DNA of 64,000 nucleotides from Octopus sinensis (Eukaryota), in contig NC_042998.1 of assembly GCF_006345805.1 (NCBI RefSeq), forward strand, positions 171,616,001 to 171,680,000, in the 5' to 3' direction. The notes below the pieces were generated by a model, which saw only the letters and a list, made by a program, of their open reading frames with translations, did no database searches and was not told the DNA's origin. A program made the position numbers and the translations under genes. Positions within the stretch are counted from its first letter, which is position 1; each line of letters begins with the position of its first letter. Positions 1 through 13,046 of this stretch are shown here, piece by piece.

Positions 1-244
1 TTTCACAACTGCAGACACAATGGTTGTGAGGTTAAGATGCTGATCTACTGACATAGAGGTTCAGGTGTTAGTACTATCATGTTATACTTCAAGTTTTTAA
101 TTCATTGTTGTGGACCTTAAACTGTAAAAAATATTGCTTCAATTGGTAAACCATTCCACCCTGAAAAGTTAATACAACAGTAAGCCTTTAAAGAAAATGT
201 TTTATTTCTTTATTTTTTGATCAGTTTTACATTTAAGAAATTTA

Positions 245-645
245 ATTGTAGCTGTGATACCAGTGCTGATGGCACGTAAGAATACCATCCGAATATGGCC
301 GTTGCCAGCGCTGCCCTGACTGGCCTCCATGCTGGTGGCACGTAAAATGCACCATCCGATTGTGGTCGTTGCCAGCCTCGTCTGGCCCCCATGCCGGTGG
401 CACATAAAAAGCACCATCTGATCGTGGCCGTTTGCCAGCCTCGTCTGGCACCTGTGCAGGTGGCACGTAAAAAGCACCCACTACACTCACGGAGTGGTTG
501 CGGTTAGGAAGGGAATCCAGCCGTAGAAACACTGCCAGATCAGACTGGGCCTGGCGCAGCCTTCTGGCTTCCCAGACCCCAGTTGAACCGTCCAACCCAT
601 GCTAGCATGGAAAACGGATGTTAAACGATGATGATGATGATGATG
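245..645 (+). mobile_element. RTE LINE 3' UTR end with (GAT)n tail
   Basis: Ends ...ccatgctagcatggaaaacggatgttaaac(gat)n; same family as the copy joined to RTE ORF2 at 5878-6900. Confidence 0.8.
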
Positions 646-1199
646 CAAAAATCTATTTTTCAGAACCACATTAAAGCTTATTGTGTAAATGACAAATTTA
701 GCCTGAATGGACAATTATCAGTCAACAAGGGCGCAACAGGGGCTCTGAATGTCTTGAATCCTCTTTGATGACAAAAATGAAACAAAACAGTTTGCGTTTT
801 AAATTGATGGTTCAATTTGAATATATTTAGCAAAAAAACAAAAAAACAAAAAAAACAACATGTAGTTTATGATATCAACATAAATCTTTCAATATTATGC
901 CATTTTAGAGATAATTTAAACATGCTTGGAAACAAGCACCAAAACAAAAAATGGTAAAAGTAATATCAAAGATTATATAATATTACAAGCATGAATTAAA
1001 AGACCACACTCTCAAATCATTAAAGAGTCAAAATTTGGCAAATGTAAACTTGTTGCCCTGGATATCAGCAAATGTAATTCCTGGGGATAAAACAATTGCC
1101 TCAGTTGTAAGTAAATATATTAAACAAATTTAATGACTAATAAGATAATTCAACTTCAGAGTCTCAAACACTAATGAGAAAATATGAAATATTATCTAC

Positions 1200-1304
1200 C
1201 TTGTCTCAAGATGATAATCCATAACATCCCAAGCATCCCAGTACAGTGGAACATCATTAAAGATAACAAACTGGTTTCCAAGACCTTTGTGAAGAATAAA
1301 TTCC
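1200..1304 (-). CDS. MAN2C1: Coding exon 22 (...[26 protein letters not shown])
   Basis: catttttag| and |gtagat, 105 nt. Confidence 0.97.
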
Positions 1305-4300
1305 CTAAAAATGCAATGCAGCAGAGATAAGTAATTTTTTATATCAAGAAAATGAAAATCAAAATTAAAAAAAAATGAAATAAGCTATTGTTTCATTAAT
1401 TTGGTTTTTTTCAATTTCAGAGTCAAATTAATTGCTAAAGCAAAATAAGGAATGATTCATTTTACTATTAAAGTCTGGGGTCTTATGAGGGGTGTTCATT
1501 AAAGATTTCCTCTGGCCCACTTCCAGTTATTGCAGGAAATGGAACTTGTACAGGTATAATCATACACGTCTCTAAATGTCACATTGTAAATTGCAGCTTT
1601 CCACTAGTATTCGTTTGTCTTTTACGGCTGCTGAAGTAGACTAAGGTGTTATAATGATGGCAGTTGAATGGGGATCAGTGATCAGGTTCTTATACTTGAA
1701 AGGTCATACACCAAAAGAAGTTTATGGTGATGATGCATCATCATATGATCTAGTCAAGCACTGGCATCACCAGTTCAAATGTGGTTGGACATTGCTGGAA
1801 ACTGCTCCTATTCCTGGATGACCACGTTCAGGCATTGATGACGACACCATCCATAAAGTGGAAGCTGCCATTTTGGAGGATTGCCACATAACTATTCAGC
1901 AACTAGCCCAAGAAGTGGAGATAAGTGCATGGTCCATGGAAAAAAAATCATTCACAACCATTTGCACATGCAGAAGTTGTCTGCATGATGGATTCACTGG
2001 ATGCTCATATCTTTTCATAAGCAGGAATGAATCAATTGCTCCCAGGCTCTGTTGGCAATGTGCCAAGAAAATGAGCACTTTTTCAGCAGACTTATTACAC
2101 AGGGTGAAACATGGGTCCATCACTATGATCCTGAGACTAAAGTCCAGTCAAAGCAATGGAAGCATGATAACTCACTGCCTCCAAAGAAGGCTTATGTCCA
2201 ACTGCTTACAGACTTTTGAGACCAGCACGGAGTAGTGGTGATGGATTTTCTGGCAAAGGGCACTGCATTTAACAAGGTATATTATTCTTGTCTGCTGCAG
2301 AAATTGTGGAGCAACATCAAAGCAGAGAGACGGAGCATGCTAACCAAAGGAGTCTACCTCCCCTAAGACAATGTCCCAGTTCTCAATGCATGTGTTACGC
2401 AGATGAAATCCTTCCTCATCACCCTAACTCTCAACCTCGTACCATCTGACTTCCACCTCTTTCCAACCATGAAGTCTTTTTTGAAGGGGAAGCACTTTTC
2501 AGATGATGATGAATTTATTTCTCAGGTAAAGTCTTGGCTCCAGATGCAACCTACTGACTTCTACAGACAAAGTCTTCACAGCTGCATAAAGTGATGGGAG
2601 AAGTGTGTCACCATCGGTGGTGGCTACGTGGAGAAGGACTAATAATTATGCCAAGTTTTATTTATCCCAATCCTTAGGAAGTGAGTCAGGGGAAATCTTT
2701 AAGGTGCCATGCAGTGGGACTGGACCCGGGACCATGTGGTTGGTAAGCAAGCTACTTAACACACAGCCACTCCTGTGCCTATATATTGTTAAACCAATAT
2801 ATTGGTAAAATCAATGATTTTACCAATATAAAATGATGATGAGATTACTGAAAGACAAACATATTCTTACTTTCCAGTGTTATTCACTTTCAAATTAGTT
2901 ATCCTGCCACAAAAGTCCAATTTGACAGAAAGCACCTCATTTTCCATGAAAATGTATTCACCATCCTGGTTATTTCAAGTGAAACAAATACAAAAAAACA
3001 AAGAGAGAAAGAGAATAAATTAAAATTGTTAATATTGTGAAATTAGAAATCAATGAATGGCAAATAAAACAATGTAAAAATTTAAACAAAACTTTTATTG
3101 AAGTTTCCTTTTAAGTTCTGAGACTTTGTTCAGACTCGTGATATTAAATATTGTTCCATGCAATATTAGAAATCTAAGCATCCAAGTTAAATTACACTTA
3201 GGTATAACAATGCCTCTCTGAAATCAGAAACAGGGTGAGAAAAGGAGCCTTAATAAAAACAAATGTTATCTTCAATAAGTTTGGTATTAACTGCAGATGT
3301 CTAGCCATCCAGTTTATTGCAGCCAAGAAAAAGAAGAAAAAAAACAAAAAAATAAAAGAAACATGTTAATCTTTGGTTGTTGGAATGTAAGAACTTTACA
3401 AGACAGCAAAGACAGTCTAAAATGAAAAACCACTAACTGCAAAGGTAATTGGCTCATACAATATTGATATTATTGCTCTAAATGAAACCAGGCTTGTGGA
3501 TTCTGGTGAATTAGAATTTGGGAGTGGTTACACATTTTTGGGGAGCATATCATCATCATTGTTTGACCGTGGTCGAGACAATGGAATTTACCATGCTACA
3601 CCAGACTTTATGGTCCATCATAGCATTACGGAGGTCCTGTTGCTGGATGCCTGTATCCCTGGAGATTACATCAGGGTAGAAGAGTGTGCGCCCTCTGGTA
3701 TCGTGAGTAGATGGCTTCCAGAGGAGAAGAGAAGAAATTGCCTCGTTTTCAGCTCAACAACAATGTCCAGCAAACTTGGGAGCATAGAGCTAGTAGATAA
3801 GCTAAGAATTCATGGTTTTGGATTTGCCATTAAATCCATTTTACTTCATAAGTTGCCATCCATCTCTTAAGCTATTGATGACTATCTTATGACCTTTTAT
3901 GTAACCGTAGGTAATTCCTCATTAATGCACATTATCAGTGCATATGCACTAACTTCATAAGCATCTGAACAAGGTCAATTTTGCTTTCCGTCCTTTCAGG
4001 ATTGATAAATAAAAGTAACATTCCAAGGTGGAGGATTGGTTAAATTGTTAGAGCATCAGACAAGATGTCTTGTGGTTTCTGTTCTGGCCCTGTGCATTCT
4101 GAGTTCAGTACTCACCTTGTTATTGAAAAATAGTATCAGTAATTTGAAAAACCAATAAAAATATAATTTCTTTATTTCAGTCATGAGATTGACAGCTACC
4201 AAAACTATGAATATCAAAATTTTAATTGTACAGCAGTATTGAAAATATCAAAAAGTTTCATAAATAGAAACCAAAATGGACATGGGAAAAACTAGAGATT

Positions 4301-7300
4301 TGATATCTTAGAATTTTGGGTTTCAATGACAAGGTAATATAATTACAGATTGGTGACTATAAAAGGTGTACTAAATAAAAAGATAAAAATAAAATGGCTC
4401 ACCTCATAAGCCTTTGATTTGCAATTACGTACTTGAATTATGTTTGTATGGTATAGGTCATGGGATGAATATAGAACTAGAAAAATACAAAGACAAAAAT
4501 TTGACAATTCCAGAATATAAAAGCAATCATCCAGAGATATGTTTAGTGAAGAAGAACTGTAAATAGATGGGAATGTAATTCTAAAAGCACAAGAATCTAA
4601 TAAACGTTGCAAAATGCAAAAACCAAAAAAAAAAAAGGCTTGAAATTTTGGGGGAGAGGACCAGTCATTTAGATCGACCCCACTACGTAACTGGTACTTA
4701 ATTTATCGACCCTGAAAGGATAAAAGGCAAAGTTGACCTCGGCAGAATTTGAACTCAGAACGTAAAGACAGATGAAATACTGCTAAGCATTTCGCCTGGT
4801 GTGCTAACGTTTCTGCCAGCTCGCTGCCTTTTGTGTACATCTGTCAAGCGAAAGTAACTCATAGAATAAGTACCGGGCTCAAAAAAATAAATACTAGAGT
4901 GATTTATTTGATTAAAGCCCTTTAATGCTGTGCCCCAGCATGGTTGCAGTCCAATAACAAAAATATAAATAAATAAAAAGTAAAAACACAAAGAAAACAA
5001 AAACCATTCATACCTAATTTGTTTCCTTCATGGTCAATTTGACACTCATCAGTATGATATTGTTGAGGCAGTGTTGAAACTTCATCTCTTTTCCACATCA
5101 AAGTATTGATTACTAACGGAGTTTTGCATTTGACATTCTTCAAGTAAAGAAAAAGAATATAATAATTTCTATTACTGGTCACAAAGACCTACAATATTGG
5201 GAACAGTACAGTGATAAATACAAAACAGTGGTAGTTTGCAATGAATAAAGAAATTTAAATCAACAAAAGCATCAGATGACAGTCAAGAAAAGGTTTCTGA
5301 TACAGGATGAACCCTACACAATGTCTTGGGTTACTCCGACTCATTGTTAGTGCTCTCTTCCTGTTATTTTCCTCCTGCTTATGTTCTGATAATCAAAAGA
5401 TAATATATATTCACTATTTCTAATAGCATTCCGGTTTTTTAATCTTAATAGCTGCTATTTTATCCACTAGATTAGGCAGGCATAGCAGAATACAGTGTGT
5501 ATACATTAAGTATAATACATAGATGGCGATTTTAATTTAATGCCATTTCAATTGCATACACAGAATTTTTCTGCAGCCATGTAAGCTTCTGCTTTATCAG
5601 CAAATGTTTTACTCACTGTTTCCAATATATTGAGATAAATTTCATTTAAGCAGGCAACAATCAGGTGCATGGCATTGAGAAGCCTCAGTAATGTAAAATG
5701 TATCAATTGTTCTCATGAGTCACTTCAAGAATGTTTCTCTCACTTTGATATACATTATGGCTTTAATACAAAATTATGAAGGGATTTTATCTCAAACAGT
5801 TCCACTACACAAAGCCTTCTGACAGTGTGTGCACATTTTATATAATACAAAAATGGGAATATATATATATATATAATCATCATCATCATTGTTTAACATC
5901 TGCTTTCCATGCTGGCATGGGTTGGACGGTTTGACTGGCATAGTTTCTACAGCTGGATGCCCTTCCTTAATGCCAACCACTCCGACAGTGTAGTGGTTGC
6001 TTCTACATGCCACCGGCACGAGGGCTAGTCAGGCGGTGTTTTTTACATGCCACCTGCACAGGAGTCAGTCCAGCGGCACTGGCAACGACCTTGCTCAAAT
6101 GTTGTTTTTCATGTGCCAGTAAGGCGACGCTGGTAACGATCAAGCTTGAATGGAGCTTTTTACATGCCACCGGCACGGTAGCCAGTCAGTGACCCTGGCA
6201 ACAGCAACGATCATACTCGGATTGTGCTCTTAGCACTCCACTGGCACGGATGCCAGTCATGCAGTGCTGTCGTTGAATTTGATTTTGATTTCACTTGCCT
6301 CAACAGGTCTTCGCAAGCAGAGTTTAGTGTCCAATGAAGGAAAGATACGCATAAGTGGGCTAGTTACACCATTGGCACAGACCACGAGGTTATCGTCTCA
6401 CTTAGCTTGCCAGGTCTTCTGAAGCACAGTATATTTCCAAAGGTCTTGATCACTAGTCATTGCCTCAGTGAGGCTTAATGTTTGAAGGTCATGCTTCACC
6501 ACCTCATCCTAGGTTTTCCTGGGTCTACCTCTTCCACAGGTTCCCACAACCACTAGGGTGTGACATTTCTTCACACAGCTATTCTCATCAATTCTCACCA
6601 CATGACCATACCAGTGCAGTCGTCTCTCTTGCACACAACATCTGATGCTTCTTAGGTCCATCTTTTCTGTCAAGGCACTTACACTCTGTCGAGTACACAC
6701 ACTGACATTACACATCCATTGGAGCATACTGGCTTCATTCTTTGCAAGCTTACACATGTCCTCAGTAGTCACAGCCCATGTTTCACTGCCATGTAGCATG
6801 GCTGTTCGTACACATGCACCATACAGTTTACCTTTTACTTGGAGTGAGTAAAAGGTAGACCTTTTCCACAGACTCCCACTACAGTTAGAGATCAGCACTT
6901 CTTTACACAGCTGTCCTCATCCATATGCCTCACATGAGCATACCAGCACAGTCATCTCTCTTGCATACCAAATCTGATACCTCTTATGCCCAATTTTTCT
7001 ATCAAGACATTTACACTGCCATATACGCACACTGACATTACTCATCCAGTGAAGCATACTGGCTTCATTTCTTTCAAGCCTTCACTTGTCCTCAGCAGTC
7101 ACTGTTCACGCTTTACTGTCATGGAGCACAGCTGTTCATGCACAGGCATCATACAATCTGCTTTTCACTCTGAGGAAGAGACCCTTTGTTACCAACAGAC
7201 ATAGAAGCTCTCTGAACTTTGCCAGCCTATTCTTATTCTAGTAGCTACACTCTCAGAGGACCCACCTCCACTACTGACTTGGTTACATACTAATGTTTGT

Positions 7301-10300
7301 TTTTGCGTTTAGTTATAATAAAATCTATTTTATGTTAATCTGAGGAGTTACTCTAAATTTTGCAGGGAACAAGATTGTTTTTGAACAAGAATGTTGTTGA
7401 CAGTGACTTTGAAGTTTTGGCTCCTTAAGCCATCATCAGCTGTAATAATAAACACACACACATACATACACACAGTGGATTTCTATACAATTTCCATCTA
7501 CTAAATCTACTCACAAGGTATTGATTAGCCTAAAGCGATAGATCATGAAGAAACTTGGCCAGAGTGTCATGCAGTGGGATAGAACTGAAGTCATGTGATT
7601 ATGAAGTGAATTCTCTATTCACAGATATGCCTGTGCCTATCCGTGCACGTGTGTGCGTGTGTGGGGGGGGGATAAGGTTTGCTTGTACAACATTTTTTTG
7701 CCGAGTGAGTACTGAAATGAAATAAGGATGAAAATGAAGGATACTAACATCTTGAGTACAATGTACGGCAGCATCAATAAGTGCCTTCCCACTGGCTTGA
7801 ATATCTAGAGGAAGATAAAGTAATATGCAAATATAGACAGAAATGTAGATTCAAACTAAACAAAGTTATGCTTCAGAAGCTACGTTAATCTTAGTGACCA
7901 AATGATGCCATCCACATGGAAAACAATCAGTCAACACAATGTAGTAAATAAGAAAATTTTAATTAATCCAAACATCCTCAGCAGTGAACCAATAAAAACA
8001 TTGCTGTATTTTTCAGCATACGAGTTGAATTTTTCTAACCAAAATCTACAGCCAGAAAAGGGCAAGTTGACTTATACACCAAGGCAACTCTTGAGGACCA
8101 AAAATTCCATGAAAAATGCAATAGGATTTGGAAAGCTAGTAATAACGTTTGAATGCTTACGCTACATGTATACACTATATACTATGTCATCTTGTATGTT
8201 GGCAAATATGATAGATCAATGCTTAAATATGATCAAGTCAGATAACTTTGAAATTTCAATTGATTGATATTTAGAATTACACTTTCAGTGAAGGGGGAAA
8301 GAAAATTGATTAATATATAAATGTAGTGACAGCTAAAATTTATGGTGATATGCAATAATATACTTTAGAATGGATATTAGAATAATCTGATCTATAGCAA
8401 GTATGATGATAAAACTTGCCAAGTTTCAATATTATTATGCTTCTTAATCCTAATAACCAAAAATATAGATATATATTCCAATCTACTTCACAATAACTCT
8501 CAATTTATGTCCGTTTTTTTTCTCTAAGTTTGCATAGGTTGGATAAATCCTTTCCGGCAGAGTGTTCTGCCATGACTCATTGTCATCTATCTTGTGATGT
8601 TTGACCGCTTGAGATCAGTCTTTCCCACTTCATCCTTGTCTTCTTTAGTCTCCTTCTTCAACCATTTGCAGAGCATGGTGTTTCTTTTGCCACATTAAAA
8701 GCATCCAATACACTGTAAAATGGTTAGCATTAGGAAGAGCATCCAGCTGTAGAAACTAAATAAAACTGGAACCTAGTGCAGCTCTCTGGTTTGCCAGCTC
8801 TGGTCAAAGCATCCAACCCATTCCAGCATGGAAAACAGATGTTAAAGGAGGGTGATGAGAAGGAAGATGAAGTATGCTTCCCTCATTTCTTTCCAACCTT
8901 CACAAAGCCATTGCATTCAAGGTTCAAATCTCACAACTGCGCAACATTGAATTTTATACATAAGTATGATATAATCTGAGAGAGAAACCCTTTGTAATCA
9001 GGAAATATAGTAACTCACAGGAAATTTCCATTCTGTTATTACTGAAACAACTATGCTTCCAGAACTCTCACCTAGGTAACTAAAACTATGAACTAATTCT
9101 AGGGGCCCTTCTGAGCACTTGAGTAAATTAATTTAATGTGTACTCATAAATCTAACAACTTCTGTGCATTTATCGCAAACGAGGTTTCCCTTCCCTGTCA
9201 GCCTGCCTGTGGTTTAATTCTACTTCTTGTGCATACATACTTACAATGAATATGCCATACAGAATTTCTGCCGATTCTTTTCTGTATATTAGGTACAATC
9301 ACTTTTTTACATATATAGGATCCCCTCTTCTTTTCTCCTTAAACTTTAGTTTTTGTTAGTTTTATTTTCGAGCCTCTTAATTCTAGGTTTGATTCTGAGT
9401 TTGGAATTTCCTTTCTAAATCTTTGGCTGATTTTGAGAACAAGGTCACTGACATAGACTAGTTTTCACAGATATCCAGTCTTAAATTGTTCTGTTATGTT
9501 CTGGAGAAATATTAAAGAATAGTGGCTGAGAACCAAGCTGCATGTGAAAACTCACATTAACTCTCAAATTGTTGAGGCAGCTCTGTACATGGTTTGCATA
9601 GCTCCCACAAGATGTTGATTTATTCCTGTTTAACTACAAAACAATACAGTATTGCACCTTGTCAAAAGTCTTTTTCCACATTGACAAAAGCTAAGTAGGC
9701 TGACTTACTTCTAGGCAAGGGCTTTTCCTGCAGTTGTCTCCCTAGGAAGATACAATCAATGGTAACTTAACTTGCAATGCATCTCATTTAGGTTAATTGC
9801 CCTATGAATTTCATAGTAATCAGTGTACCTAAACAAAATGTGATGGTTGTGGTTGGAGTACCTTTGATACTAGATCCTTCACCAAGGCTGACTTTGAATT
9901 AAACAACAAAAGTAAACAAGAACAAGCAGTATTTAAAAATACTGATGTTGATAAAGACGCAGACAAATATTGAAAACAAACCCACCTACATATGTAACAT
10001 TTATACAAGAAATCAAGAGAAATTAACTTACCTTTGTAGTGTTTCTCAGAGTCCTTGTAAACCTGTTGGTAAAGAACTCAGTTTTTTCAATTAATGAGAT
10101 TAAGCTTGCAATATCAGATATATTAACAGTCTATGGACAGTTTATTATGATATATATGAATGTATATCTAAAAACCATTAGGAAGCACCAACCATTTTTG
10201 TATCTGCATGGTGTATCTAGAACAACTCAGTTTGTCCAAATTTTACCTACAGAAGTAATACAAGTTGCTAAGATTGGGTTCATCTGAAGAATCTCTGGAG

Positions 10301-12838
10301 AAACTTTACTTGATGGGGTGCATAGCTAAGCGACCAGGGAATCTCTTCTGGTTGAGCTGCTACTTGTCCACATTGAGAGGTTACAGTATTAGTGCTACAG
10401 ATGTGAGATTAGAACGTTCCAGACATTCACTTTGCTACTGACAGATATCTATATGCAGATTATAACTTATTATTTGTGTTTAGCAGTTTATCAGCATGAA
10501 AAAAGAGCTAGAGTATCACTTTAATATTAACACTGACCACAAAGCTCCAATCATCTATCAGTTTTGCTTTTGCGTATAAGCTTTGATTGTGGTTGCAACC
10601 TCTAATATACTGTGCATCCCAGATAAAATGTAAAATCTACCGACATCACTCATTGTTTGCCTATGAGGCATTTTCGACCAGTGACATGTATCAGTCGCAC
10701 TGCACTAACTTGTACATCAATTTATCTACATAGAAAGTAAGCTATCTGCATTAACTGTACTAAATGTGTTATCAAATACTCACCATATTGATAGAAGTGC
10801 CAGGTATGACATCATGGAATTGGTTCAAAAGTAACAACTGCCAAAGACGCACAAGTTCTTCTTGGGGATAGACAAATTCAGATGAAATCAACATTGCTGT
10901 AGTGCTGAGAAGTTCCGCATTGTAAAGTAAGAATTCACTCTGTCGATTATACATTTTATACTGAAAAGAAAACGTATCAATGTATGTCTGGCAGGTCACA
11001 AGTTGGTGTGGTAGAACAATGAGTGAATATTCTGTGTGAAAGCATTAAGAAGTGCTTTTATCAGTCACCTCACAAAGAACACAAATACAAACACTTCTGG
11101 CTTAACAGAAACTCTGACATGATTGGTGTACATATTGTCTATGCAAAGAAATTGAGAGATAGAATTATTGAGGTAGCCCGGATAAGTGAAAGAATAATTA
11201 AGATTATTGTTGGGAATGTGATGTGTCCATGATCTCTGTTTAATAAAAAAACTAGCAGGTTTGACAGATGATGTAAAGAATTTATCCTATAAGACAAAAG
11301 AAATTTGAAGACAGTGATATTGTCATCATAGGGATTTCAGAAGCAATAAAAAGACACCTGGTCTGCTACCAGATATACATAGGTGCTATGCGCATGAAAT
11401 AAGAAATGAAAAAGATCAATACTTCTAGAGTTCTGAGATGAAAATGACCTTCCAATTCGAAACAACTTCAAAAAATCAGCTAACTGATCACATACCTCTT
11501 GTCTGCATAAAAGATGAGATGATCATGGTTGGAATATATTTTATTATAAATCTTTTCTGATGGAGCTGACCGAGGCTAAGCAGTAACAAAAGGTATTTTC
11601 TTTATCCTTTATTTTTTTTCCTAATCCCCCTCTCAACCCCTTGTCCATCTGTAAAATTCATAAATTTGAAAATGAATGCCTACCAATAACAATTTTATCA
11701 AACTATCCCTATTGCTTGACCTTGAAATATCTGAGAGGTTTTGAGGTTTAGACTAATAAAGGAAAGGGAAAAGAAAAGTAACTAAATATTTCTAGCTCCT
11801 TAATTTGTTTGAGAAGAAAGGAGAGATGGGACCCTACTTTCAGTATTGAGTTTCCCAATCAGTAAATGTTTTTAACTTATACCAGTTATTGGAAAATAGC
11901 ACAACATACAAAATTAACTGAGCAAGTTAATTTATTTATGTAGTTACATAACCAAATACTTTCATCTTAACAATTATTTCTGATGAACTTATTTCTGACT
12001 GCCTTTTCAAACTTAAAGATGTTGAAGTGTCTGAAAGTTGAAAATAATTACCTTTCCATGTGTTGTATAGGTTCCATTATGAAGCTCAAGATAAAGTTCT
12101 CCTTTCCATTTACACAACATAGAAGTGTTTTCATTGCAAACTGCAGCAAAAAATTCTTTCGGTGAACTCATGCACACCCTGAAATCAAATTTAAAAAGAA
12201 TATGTATAATGGACATCTATACATATAGTTATAAATAACAAGAGAAATATAGTATGATAAAGTTTATTTAACCACTGGAAATGCTTATATAATGACAACT
12301 GTTTCACGACTTGATAAAACATGCACAGAGGGATTATTTTTTAACATGGATTTCTTTTAACCAAAGAACCAGCTTAATATCTGCATTAATTTAAAGATTG
12401 TTTATGTTGATGAAGACATGTAAATAATTTACTTATTATAAAATATAATAAAATATTATCTACACATGTTTTATTAAGTTGCGAAAGAACTGTTGTCATA
12501 TTAAAATTCCTAATGGTTAAATAAATTTTATCATACTATTTCTCTCCTTATTTATAACTTTACACACTTGTTATGCTTTTCTTTTGTATTGTACTATATA
12601 TTCTATATGTTTTGTAGAATTATACATTATGAAGCTTTTTTTTTTTTATGAGTATCACCAGACAAGTTGAATCCATATATTGTGGATTAAATTTTCTCCC
12701 TGTTTATTGCTGTGTTCCTTTCTGTCAAAGAGCGTAAGCTCAAAACATAAAAGACCTTTTTCATTTCCTGAGCATTAAACTAATACATTTGTTTGTTGTT
12801 TACACACCTGTCTTCATCTTTTGCTTTTTTGTAAATTC

Positions 12839-12875
<37 letters not shown>

Positions 12876-12984
12876 CTTTTTCTATTTCTATTCCTGAGTG
12901 CTATACTAATACATTTGTTTGTTTGTACTCCACCTGCCTTCGTCTTTTGTTTATTTTCGTAAACTTTCCCTTTATATATATATT

Positions 12985-13046
<62 letters not shown>

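Noticed and set aside
690-775. Possible next MAN2C1 exon
   Set aside because: The frame after the candidate acceptor reaches TAA with no donor, and there is no similarity to the expected sequence.
9708-9742. Exon-like segment with a gtaagt donor in intron 17
   Set aside because: No MAN2C1 similarity; 7749-7804 fits the expected sequence and phase.
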